16,011 nt of DNA, taken from positions 1 to 16,011 of the forward strand of contig JBMFOP010000069.1 of NCBI GenBank assembly GCA_049969675.1, in the 5' to 3' direction. The notes under the pieces were generated by a model. It searched no databases. It worked only from the letters and a program-made list of their open reading frames with translations, and was not told the DNA's origin. Shown here one piece after another: positions 1 through 7,161 of this stretch. This DNA comes from Myxococcota bacterium (lineage in GTDB: Bacteria; Myxococcota; SpSt-1050). Position 1 is the stretch's first letter. Every line of letters begins with the position of its first letter. The position numbers and the translations under genes are program-made.

Positions 1-2
1 AT

Positions 3-161
3 CTGTATAAACCTATACTTGGGGAACCAAAGAAATATTGTAAAAAATATCGCGTTTTAGATGCACTATATAGGTTAGCAGACGCTTATAACTTGAAATG
101 GGAAATAGATTATTCAAAATGTTGTAACCTTGATTGTCCAAGGGTAATAAAGATTGAATAG
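3..161 (+). CDS. 3' end of an unknown protein entering from the left edge (...LYRLADAYNLKWEIDYSKCCNLDCPRVIKIE*)
   Basis: Frame 3 is open from the window edge to TAG at 159-161 (52 codons). No recognisable motif. Confidence 0.5.
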   Translation: MYKPILGEPKKYCKKYRVLDALYRLADAYNLKWEIDYSKCCNLDCPRVIKIE

Positions 162-165
162 TTGC

Positions 166-297
166 CACCGCTGTCCAATATAATTTGAGTTAAAGGTCCA
201 ACATACTTGAAAGATCTTTATTCTGAGATAGAGTTAGAAAGTCTCTCTATCTGACAAATATCTTAGTATATCATTCTAATTTTATAGGACCAGATTG
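166..297. mobile_element. Putative MITE / IS-end remnant (~132 bp)
   Basis: Left end CACCGCTGTCCAATATAAT matches the reverse complement of 11343-11361 at 17/19. Putative right end (revcomp CAATCTGGTCCTATAAAATTAGA) matches the left end at 15/23. No clear target duplication. Confidence 0.4.
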
Positions 298-605
298 AGG
301 ATGTTATTATTACTCTCCAATTCCAATCTGTTAAAAGAATTTCAAGCCGTATAATATAGAGTTGTTTATATCTGTATGACTCTTTCTAAATGAGGCTTTC
401 TATGAATAAACACACCGTCCGCTTTTTACTTTCATATTCCTCCTTTCTAAAACAGCCATGATAAAATATATGTTTTATTGAACAACGATTCCCTGACCAT
501 TGGATATTCCTTCATAGCTGACTTTCTCTATTAAAGAAACGAGCCAGGAATTTTTTTGAATAAAAGAGTAACTAACACCGGAAAGCATTTAATCATAAAT
601 CTGTC

Positions 606-621
606 TGGAATAAAATTTGCA
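606..621 (+). promoter_or_regulatory. Putative sigma54 (-24/-12) promoter, predicted TSS ~632
   Basis: TGGAATAAAATTTGCA has GG-N10-GC spacing and a perfect TTGCA -12 box. It is preceded by TC, like the other two sigma54 promoters in the window. Confidence 0.55.
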
Positions 622-631
622 TTTAATTAAT

Positions 632-695
632 TTACGGTCAGTAGAAGGACCGCCCTTAAGCCCAGTCTTCATAGTGAAGGCTGGGCATTTTTATT
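632..695 (+). ncRNA. Candidate ~60-nt small RNA
   Basis: Lies between the sigma54 promoter and the terminator. Hairpin 1 is CGGTC-AGTAGAAG-GACCG (635-652) and hairpin 2 is the terminator. No ORF. GC-rich within AT-rich flanks. Confidence 0.45.
660..695 (+). terminator. Rho-independent terminator
   Basis: GCCCAGTCTTC-ATAGT-GAAGGCTGGGC (11-bp stem, one G-U pair) followed by ATTTTTATT. Confidence 0.75.
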
Positions 696-702
696 GGGAT
701 GT

Positions 703-741
703 TGTGGTAAGATTTACCTTTTTGTGGTAAACATTACCACA
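703..741. promoter_or_regulatory. Tandem palindromic activator (probable bEBP/UAS) sites
   Basis: Perfect inverted repeat TGTGGTAA-ACA-TTACCACA (723-741) plus a degenerate copy TGTGGTAA-GAT-TTACCTTT 20 bp upstream (703-721). They lie 60-100 bp upstream of a sigma54 promoter. Confidence 0.65.
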
Positions 742-774
742 CACGGTGGGTTTTAATGTTAAAATAAACAATGA

Positions 775-787
775 TATCAATAAATTA
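775..787 (+). promoter_or_regulatory. IHF binding site
   Basis: TATCAATAAATTA matches WATCAANNNNTTR exactly and lies between the UAS and the sigma54 promoter. Confidence 0.55.
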
Positions 788-800
788 CAAATTGTGAATC

Positions 801-816
801 TGGTATATAAAATGCA
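801..816 (+). promoter_or_regulatory. sigma54 promoter of the lipoprotein gene
   Basis: TGGTATATAAAATGCA (GG-N10-GC), with upstream IHF site and UAS. SD GGAGG at 842-846. Confidence 0.6.
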
Positions 817-852
817 AATATCAAATAATAGAGTCTGCTCTGGAGGTGGATT

Positions 853-1401
853 ATGAAAAGGTTAATAACAATTATCGTGATGTTTGGATTAATAGGATGT
901 GGGACTTATGATGAGGACTCAAATTATGTCTCAACATCAGGTAACCTATTGAGCATAAAACAGAAGGTTGACAAGAAAAATAAGATAAGTTTTGCCAACA
1001 TCTCCCAACTTATCAAAAAGGTTGAGGTCTCTATCTCTGACAATGATTCAGCCCTCTTTACTGAGAGTGCAACAGATGAATTTTTAATTAACTCTGTGAT
1101 TGATATTTATATTGGGGCAAAATTCTATAATTATACAAATAAGCATAAACTCGGTATCAACATATATCTACCAGATGGAAATATATATCGTAAATCTGAG
1201 GCAGAGGTTGACTTTTCTGTTCAGGGAAATTATTCCATTGGCGGTGTCATAATTGAAAATACAGATTCAATACTTATAGCCAGATATATAATCCCGGTTG
1301 CTGGTACAGAGCTCTCTATTTTCAATCTCACCGGGACCTATAATGTAGAAATTTTACTGGATAATTCGGTTGTTGCAAAGAGCAGTTTTGTGTTGAAGTA
1401 A
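853..1401 (+). CDS. Hypothetical lipoprotein, 182 aa
   Basis: Signal peptide II: MKR, a hydrophobic core and lipobox LIGC (Cys16). Strong SD GGAGGT. The mature part looks beta-rich. Confidence 0.8.
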   Translation: MKRLITIIVMFGLIGCGTYDEDSNYVSTSGNLLSIKQKVDKKNKISFANISQLIKKVEVSISDNDSALFTESATDEFLINSVIDIYIGAKFYNYTNKHKLGINIYLPDGNIYRKSEAEVDFSVQGNYSIGGVIIENTDSILIARYIIPVAGTELSIFNLTGTYNVEILLDNSVVAKSSFVLK

Positions 1402-2448
1402 TCAGTTGTCCATATCTATATAATCTATCTTCCCCTCGAGGGCAGTAATTAGTGAAATTATTGAAGCCACCACCTCAAAATGCTCCTCACCTATCTCATC
1501 TCCCGCCTCATACATCTTATAAAAATTCCTCGCGAGATGTATATTCTTAACTACCGGCACCATATTTAATGAGGCATATTGAATCATCTTTAATGCATCA
1601 TTGTCAGTCCCAATATAACCAATTGATGGAGACTCATCACCTTCTTCATAGATAACTGGAATGGCTATATGGGTTGGATTCACCAGCAGAAACTTCGCCC
1701 GCTTTACATCCCGTTTCATCTCTGAAAATAGAATCATATTCCTGAATCTCTTCTGTTTTGCCTTGATCTCCGGGTCCCCCTCCTGATTTTTAAACTCCTC
1801 TTTCACCTCCTGTTTGGTCATATATAGATTCTTCATAAATTTATGCCTTTCATAAATCATATCCAGCACACCAATTACCAATCCGGAAATTACCATTGCC
1901 AGAATTATCTTCTTCATTATAGCAAGAAAGATAAGACCAGACCTCCCATTCACAATAAGAGAAGATGGGGTGGTGATGAGATTTGCCTTTATAAAGAAGA
2001 AGAGAATTGCCCAGAACAATACAACTTTCAGCAATGTAAATCCAAGCTTTACAAATCTCTCTTTTGAGATGAGTACCGCTGGATTAATGGATTTAAAATA
2101 ATTTTGAAAGCCCTGAAATATTCTCTTTGAAGAGAGTACATTATATCTATAACCAAACGGCAGGGTCACATCCAGAATGGGGAATAAAATTAAAATAGAT
2201 ATTGCAAATAAAAAGATTGGCAGAAGGTTGATAATAGCATCATTAAAATTTTGCCCTGATAGAAGATACAAACTCCTCTTTGCGATGTAGCCCTGAAATG
2301 ACCTTATGAGAGAATGATTTACAAAAATTATCACAAGAAAGAATATGGTGATTTTAACAAAGGACTCAAATGGGCGGGAGGTAAAACTCTGCCCCTCTTC
2401 TCTTGCCCTTTTCAATCTATGTGGAGTCGGTTTTTCAGTCTTTTCCAT
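1402..2448 (-). CDS. sctU: Type III export switch protein SctU/FlhB family
   Basis: N-terminal EKTEKPTPHRLKRAREEGQ, four hydrophobic segments, MTKQEVKEEFKNQEGDPEIK linker and an intact NPTH autocleavage motif. Confidence 0.95.
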   Translation of the reverse strand: MEKTEKPTPHRLKRAREEGQSFTSRPFESFVKITIFFLVIIFVNHSLIRSFQGYIAKRSLYLLSGQNFNDAIINLLPIFLFAISILILFPILDVTLPFGYRYNVLSSKRIFQGFQNYFKSINPAVLISKERFVKLGFTLLKVVLFWAILFFFIKANLITTPSSLIVNGRSGLIFLAIMKKIILAMVISGLVIGVLDMIYERHKFMKNLYMTKQEVKEEFKNQEGDPEIKAKQKRFRNMILFSEMKRDVKRAKFLLVNPTHIAIPVIYEEGDESPSIGYIGTDNDALKMIQYASLNMVPVVKNIHLARNFYKMYEAGDEIGEEHFEVVASIISLITALEGKIDYIDMDN

Positions 2449-3207
2449 CTAATTTAATAACCCCGCTATAAGATCTGTGAGGTTGCTGACTCGGGCAATA
2501 TCAATACCAATGAGGTTGACAATATTCTTCAATAAAAACATAATTCCACCAAAAATTAATATAGCATTTAGAATGAAAGTACAGGATGAGAGATTCAGAT
2601 TGGTGCCGAGCATATCCGAAAATGCCATCAATAAGAGAGCAGAAAGTGCCAGAAGAAGAATCGGCAGAAAATATCCGATGCAGTTCTTTGACAATATATT
2701 GAAATTACTTAATAGGTGAAAGACGACCTCCTGAATCCTTAAATAGGATAAATCGTGAATAGAAAATTTTAATATCAAACTTAATATATTGAGATGTGCC
2801 CCGGATAAAAATATCAGCGAAATTACAATCATCTCAAATATCATCTCCAATGCTGAGCCCCTCTCATCAAATATCCCCTGAGAGTTCAATACCCCCATAC
2901 TCCCGAAGAGATTTTCAATGGTGGATGCAGAGCTAATAATGAATTTCACAAGCAATATGAATGGGAGAGAGATAATATATCCAATGAAAAATTCGGATAA
3001 TACGAATCGGATATCAAATCCATCTGGTATTGACGAGACTGGCAGGATTAGATATCTAAAAAATCCCAGAATACCAATCAGTGAAGACCTGACCAGCATA
3101 GGGACATATTTCCCACCAAAGACCTCTGAGATACTGATAATCGGGATAAATCTGACGCCAAGGGTTGCGGAAATAATTATAATTTGAAACAACTCCGAGA
3201 AGTTCAT
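2449..3207 (-). CDS. sctT: Type III export gate protein SctT/FliR family (divergent)
   Basis: 252-aa polytopic membrane protein between sctS and sctU, with remnant motifs (VPMLVR, LSEFFIG, IFLSGAH). Confidence 0.85.
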   Translation of the reverse strand: MNFSELFQIIIISATLGVRFIPIISISEVFGGKYVPMLVRSSLIGILGFFRYLILPVSSIPDGFDIRFVLSEFFIGYIISLPFILLVKFIISSASTIENLFGSMGVLNSQGIFDERGSALEMIFEMIVISLIFLSGAHLNILSLILKFSIHDLSYLRIQEVVFHLLSNFNILSKNCIGYFLPILLLALSALLLMAFSDMLGTNLNLSSCTFILNAILIFGGIMFLLKNIVNLIGIDIARVSNLTDLIAGLLN

Positions 3208-3452
3208 TCACCCTCAAATATCCTGATTATAAGCATAATAAATTGATTATAAAAGTCTTTCCCCACCACGGCAAAATACAAGGCTGTAATTACCAGTTTT
3301 GAGAGATAGTTGATTGAACCTTCGTGTATCTGAAGCAGTGCCTGTAAGATTGAGATCAGAATAGAGATTATAAGAAGGATGGCAAATAACGGTAGGATAA
3401 ATATGCCAAGCAAATAGAGACTCTGCTGAATATAATAAATTGGGAGTTCCAT
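3204..3452 (-). CDS. sctS: Type III export gate protein SctS/FliQ family
   Basis: 82 aa, hydrophobic. LQALLQIHEGSINYLSK corresponds to the QAxTQIQEQTLxFxxK motif. Confidence 0.9.
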   Translation of the reverse strand: MELPIYYIQQSLYLLGIFILPLFAILLIISILISILQALLQIHEGSINYLSKLVITALYFAVVGKDFYNQFIMLIIRIFEGE

Positions 3453-3454
3453 AG

Positions 3455-4159
3455 TTAATTACTCAATATGAGATTCTTCGTTACAAGATACCACCCATCA
3501 GAGAGGACAAATATCAGAAGTTTTAGAGGCAACGAAATGGAAACAGGTGTCAGCATATTCAGACCTATTGCAACCAGCAGATTTGCTACAAGTAGGTCAA
3601 TAAGCAGGAATGGGATGAAGAGTCTAAAACCCATCATAAATGCCTCCTTAAGCTGGGTAATCACAAATGCAGGTGCCACAATGAGGATTGAATCTTTTAA
3701 GTCATCATTTTTGTTTGCGTCCTGAAAGAGGTGCAACTCCTTCTTCCCCGTATGCTTCAAGAGATATTCCATAAGAGGAGGTCTTGCCGCCTCAAATGCC
3801 TTCATAAGGTCCGGTACACTATCAATTTTCATCTGGACATTCTCTCTATCAAATGTATCTTTTGCAGAGATATACATCTTACTTGCAACCGGTTGCATGG
3901 TAAAGATGGTGAGTACAATTGAGAGGCCTGTAATTACTGATGTAGGAGGAATCTGCTGAAGTCCTATGGCGTTCTTCAAAATTGTAAGCACCACAGAATA
4001 TTTTACAAACGAGGTGAGCATCATTACTATAAAAGGGATAAATGCCAGAACCACCAGCAAAAATAAAAAGATGCCCGGCTTAAATCCAGATGAAAAATCC
4101 AGATTTACTCTCTCTGTGGCTGCAAAAATTAGGTCATAGAATTCATTGACTCTGAACAT
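3455..4159 (-). CDS. sctR: Type III export gate protein SctR/FliP family
   Basis: TSFVKYSVVLTILKNAIGLQQIPP, PAFVITQLKEAF and ISLPLKLLIFVLSDGW. The TSFVK...QQIPP form resembles YscR-type proteins more than FliP (TSFTRI...PPNQ). Confidence 0.95.
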   Translation of the reverse strand: MFRVNEFYDLIFAATERVNLDFSSGFKPGIFLFLLVVLAFIPFIVMMLTSFVKYSVVLTILKNAIGLQQIPPTSVITGLSIVLTIFTMQPVASKMYISAKDTFDRENVQMKIDSVPDLMKAFEAARPPLMEYLLKHTGKKELHLFQDANKNDDLKDSILIVAPAFVITQLKEAFMMGFRLFIPFLLIDLLVANLLVAIGLNMLTPVSISLPLKLLIFVLSDGWYLVTKNLILSN

Positions 4160-4469
4160 TCTCTCTCTCCTCTGTGATTTTTATTACACAATTCCTGTTT
4201 GCAAATATCAGGTGATTACAACCATTATAATTAATCAGTACAAGATTTGAATCACTATCTATCTTTAACCTTTCTAAAATCCTTACCCTCTTTTCAGATA
4301 CTTCGGTACCGCTTCTTCTACGATAAAAAATCCAGATAAAAATTAAAATTAATAGTGGTATTGAATATTCCACAGAGAGAAACGATACCAGAAGAATCCC
4401 GAGCAAAGGTAGGAATATATTTGAGTAATTATTAAATAAATGTCTTTGTAATTCTGATCTGAGTTTCAT
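4143..4469 (-). CDS. fliO: FliO-like membrane protein
   Basis: Transmembrane segment(s), a basic stop-transfer (YRRR), then VRILERLKIDSDSNLVLINYNGCNHLIF, matching the FliO cytoplasmic beta pattern. Immediately upstream of sctR/fliP. SD GGAGAGG. Confidence 0.65.
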   Translation of the reverse strand: MKLRSELQRHLFNNYSNIFLPLLGILLVSFLSVEYSIPLLILIFIWIFYRRRSGTEVSEKRVRILERLKIDSDSNLVLINYNGCNHLIFANRNCVIKITEERENVQSQ

Positions 4470-4653
4470 CTACCTCTCCCATTGCCATTAATGAGTTGCC
4501 GAGCATAAGTTTACAACTTTTGCCCTGTAATAGATCAATCTTCTTCTCACTGCTTAAAAGCCCCTTTATCTCTGAAAAATTTAATTCTCCCATCTCTATC
4601 CGTACCGAAACGGGCAATCTCAAATCTTCAATAGAGAGAATTTTCTCCTCCAT
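4432..4653 (-). CDS. Predicted internal-start product SctQ-C (73 aa, FliN-like)
   Basis: In-frame ATG at 4653 (Met210) preceded by GAGGAGG 5 nt upstream, just before the final SpoA domain. Confidence 0.55.
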   Translation of the reverse strand: MEEKILSIEDLRLPVSVRIEMGELNFSEIKGLLSSEKKIDLLQGKSCKLMLGNSLMAMGEVDETQIRITKTFI

Positions 4654-5280
4654 ACTTTCCTCCTCAACAAATAGATTAAATTTGCTCAATTCAAGACAAT
4701 CATTTATCACAACCACATTTTCGCAGGGCAATTTCATCATAGCCCCTTCCTCAAGAACTCCTATTATATTTAGTGGCAGACGCCTTAATCCATGAATTGA
4801 GATAGAATACTCTACTATATTTTCTATCTCTATATCCCTTTTGAGCAGGAGTTTAAATATGCTGGATGTATCAACTCTCAAAACCAGTGGAGAGAAGACT
4901 TTTTTATATTTGAGCCCAATTAAAAAATCCGTCGTAGAAACTTTTGCCAGAGTATTATCAGATGAGATCTCAAGATGAATATTGAAATTTTCATCTATCT
5001 TATTTAAGATTTCAGAGAGCAAGATTATTGATGACGCCTCCACAAATTCTGGTAATAAAAGTATATTTTTTTTCATTAACAGATCCTGTGCGTATGCGGT
5101 AATCAATCTTTTGCTGAGCAGGACCTCTCCAAAGAAACCACCATCTTCATCGATGAGGTTTAGAGTGTAATTCTCAAATTCTACTGACTCTTTTAATGGG
5201 GAGATATTTAGTAATTGAAACTCCCCAAAAGAGATATTCTTCTCCAACAATCTCTTTATTAGAGTATCCACAACATTCAT
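4432..5280 (-). CDS. sctQ: C-ring / sorting platform protein SctQ (FliM/FliN family)
   Basis: 282 aa with a C-terminal SpoA-like domain (IEDLRLPVSVRIEMGELNFSEI...LMLGNSLMAMGEV...IRIT) and a degenerate upstream SpoA-like segment. Canonical position in the operon. Confidence 0.75.
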   Translation of the reverse strand: MNVVDTLIKRLLEKNISFGEFQLLNISPLKESVEFENYTLNLIDEDGGFFGEVLLSKRLITAYAQDLLMKKNILLLPEFVEASSIILLSEILNKIDENFNIHLEISSDNTLAKVSTTDFLIGLKYKKVFSPLVLRVDTSSIFKLLLKRDIEIENIVEYSISIHGLRRLPLNIIGVLEEGAMMKLPCENVVVINDCLELSKFNLFVEEESMEEKILSIEDLRLPVSVRIEMGELNFSEIKGLLSSEKKIDLLQGKSCKLMLGNSLMAMGEVDETQIRITKTFI

Positions 5281-5565
5281 TTATATTACCTCAATTATAA
5301 AGTTGCGTGCGATCGGGAGCAGACTGATATGCCTCATTACCTCAACCTTTAATTCCTTATCTCCTTTTATAAGTATAGAGTTTTCATCTGTTGAAATTGT
5401 TACACTTACCCTTCCATCAAATAGATTGATTGTAAGTGAAAGTGGCTTCTTCTGTTCCGACAGCCTCTGAAAGAATCTGTCAAAATAGAGATATCTGCCG
5501 GGAAATACTGGATGGTATCTGTTAATATTCTGAGTACTGTTTTGCGACACACAATTCCTCAACAT
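5281..5565 (-). CDS. Small protein, possibly a minimal SctP/FliK C-terminal (T3S4)-like domain
   Basis: 94 aa, between sctO-like and sctQ, SD GGAGG. LSLTINLFDGRVSVTISTDENSILI resembles the FliK-C beta strands. Confidence 0.4.
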   Translation of the reverse strand: MLRNCVSQNSTQNINRYHPVFPGRYLYFDRFFQRLSEQKKPLSLTINLFDGRVSVTISTDENSILIKGDKELKVEVMRHISLLPIARNFIIEVI

Positions 5566-5938
5566 CTTCTTCCTCCCTGTTTTGATTTTCTCTTTTTATA
5601 GAAATCTTTTCCAATTCAATTATCTTATTTATTGCCTTTATAGTCTGGTCCTCTTTATAGAGGGTATTTCTTAAATTTGTGAGTTTGCACTTCCGGTCTG
5701 CATAATTGTGTATATCTGACTCAATTTTTCCTGTCAGGCTGTGTATATAATCCTCATACCATCTTGAGGAAGAGTCAATCTCATCTCCATAATCTTGAGA
5801 GTTATAATCATTCAACATCTTAAAAATTGCCTCTCCAAGTATCATTAGTTCTTTTTTCCTTAACTCAAACTCATAGGAGATATGGTCTCTTTTAATCTCT
5901 GAGATTTCAGCAATTTTGTATAAAGTTTTTATGTTCAT
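5522..5938 (-). CDS. SctO/FliJ-like coiled-coil stalk protein, 138 aa (start revised to ATG 5938)
   Basis: Helical and charged, with a central W/Y motif and C-terminal ...KRENQNREEEDVEE, typical of FliJ/SctO. SD GAGGG precedes ATG 5938. The longer TTG-start ORF would run through the sigma54 promoter. Confidence 0.6.
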   Translation of the reverse strand: MNIKTLYKIAEISEIKRDHISYEFELRKKELMILGEAIFKMLNDYNSQDYGDEIDSSSRWYEDYIHSLTGKIESDIHNYADRKCKLTNLRNTLYKEDQTIKAINKIIELEKISIKRENQNREEEDVEELCVAKQYSEY

Positions 5939-5962
5939 ATAACCCTCAGATTTAAATTTTAT

Positions 5963-5978
5963 TGCAACTTTTGTGCCA
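5963..5978 (-). promoter_or_regulatory. sigma54 promoter of the type III export operon
   Basis: Minus strand reads TGGCACAAAAGTTGCA, matching TGGCAC-N5-TTGCA. Predicted TSS ~5952, just upstream of the SD and ATG. Confidence 0.85.
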
Positions 5979-6248
5979 GATTGTGGGTTAAATGAAATAC
6001 CTTCTATGCAGATTACACAGAAGTTTTTCAATAAGTTTGATTCAGACTACGAAAATTAATCACCTATTATAGAGGGATGTTATGAAAGGACGTGTTTCAT
6101 AGCTAAACTGTCAACCTGCTGTTGCAACCCAAAAACAAAAAAGCACAGGTGGCGTGTATTATGTGTGGGAAACTGAAAAGACATAGACTGTTTTCATTGA
6201 TTTTTGCCTACACCTGCGACGAATCTGGATTTATCCAGAAATATTATC

Positions 6249-6277
6249 TTGATTTCAGATAAATTTGTTATTATAAT
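6249..6277 (+). promoter_or_regulatory. sigma70-type promoter of ssrA
   Basis: TTGATT-17 bp-TATAAT, ending 14 nt before the mature tmRNA 5' end. Confidence 0.75.
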
Positions 6278-6291
6278 ATCAAATTGCATCT

Positions 6292-6650
6292 GGGGGCGAT
6301 CTGGGTTCGACAGGGGCTGTGAGGTTTAAGGTGCATGCCGCGGGTTCCTGTGTAACCGCGTTAAAACTATGCAGGAGACACAAATGCCAACGAAAATTTG
6401 GCACTTGCTGCTTAATTAAGAAGCAGCCGTTCATTATGTCTCTCTCCTATCGGGACATAATGGGCGTCAGTAAGATAGGATAGTCAGTGGCTGGCTCCAA
6501 AGCGGCTGCTGATGAAACTTTACTTTGGATAGGTCTTATGTAGCCAGTCTGTGGGCGACAGAAGACTAAAATTCAAAACACAGAATAAGCATGTAGTTAC
6601 CTTAAAAGTAGCACCTCTGGACGCGGGTTCGATTCCCGCCGCCTCCACCA
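6292..6650 (+). ncRNA. ssrA: tmRNA, 359 nt, tag reading frame ANENLALAA* at 6386-6415
   Basis: 5' GGGGGCG pairs with 3' CGCCTCC-A-CCA and includes the G3-U wobble. GGTTCGAC near the 5' end, T-arm GCGGGTTCGATTCCCGC, tag ending in ALAA. Confidence 0.97.
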
Positions 6651-7161
6651 ATTCCTATAATCAATAACTATTTGGAAAATCAGACGATATAATCCCCTGT
6701 TTTATTTGCTATTGTAACATAGCCACTTTTATATTACCACACGACTGCCCAGAATAGATTTTTATTGGGAAAATTTTAAGAATATAATCTCTTATCCGTA
6801 TGAATTCTTCTTTAAAGAGGCTTTACCTGGTCTGGATATTTCCGATAATGCCAGTTAGGGTAAATTTTGTTTATAGTATATAGTCCACGGGCAATAGTCA
6901 ATTTTAACTAAACTGAATGATTCTTTGTATTGATGGTCTTTCAGTAAAATTTCTACAGAGTCAACTTTTTTGTTTGAAAATCTCTGCATAGATTAAAAAA
7001 TCTTCATAATAGCCCCTCATATGTTTGGTGATATTGGTTTAGTAGTAATGTGATAAAAGACCTATTACTTAAATTTTGGGGTTCTATGGATTAACCTTTT
7101 TTGTTTAGTTGTAAATTCTATTATATTTATGATAAATAGTCTTATGTCAGTGAGGTGAGAG

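Noticed and set aside
632..695. Riboswitch or attenuator controlling the lipoprotein gene
   Set aside because: No recognisable aptamer, and the lipoprotein has its own promoter downstream of the terminator.
1843..5170. Plus-strand ORFs of 62-99 aa within the sct operon
   Set aside because: Antisense shadows of well-supported genes, with no motifs.
1402..5938. Ordinary flagellar fliJ-flhB operon
   Set aside because: No fliL, no separate fliM and fliN, no full-length fliK or flgD/flgE, and SctR motifs look injectisome-like. Not fully excluded without a phylogeny.
5939..6031. N-terminal extension of the sctO-like ORF from TTG 6031
   Set aside because: It overlaps the sigma54 promoter. ATG 5938 has an SD and gives a FliJ/SctO-sized protein.
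687..6770. Direct repeats ATTTTTATTGGGA (687 and 6758) and ATTACCACAC (733 and 6733)
   Set aside because: Short, mostly AT-rich and in swapped order, so compatible with chance in 16 kb.
6651..7161. Prophage or genomic island integrated at the tmRNA 3' end
   Set aside because: No integrase and no duplicated ssrA 3' end (att site) seen in the window. The T3SS lies on the 5' side of ssrA.
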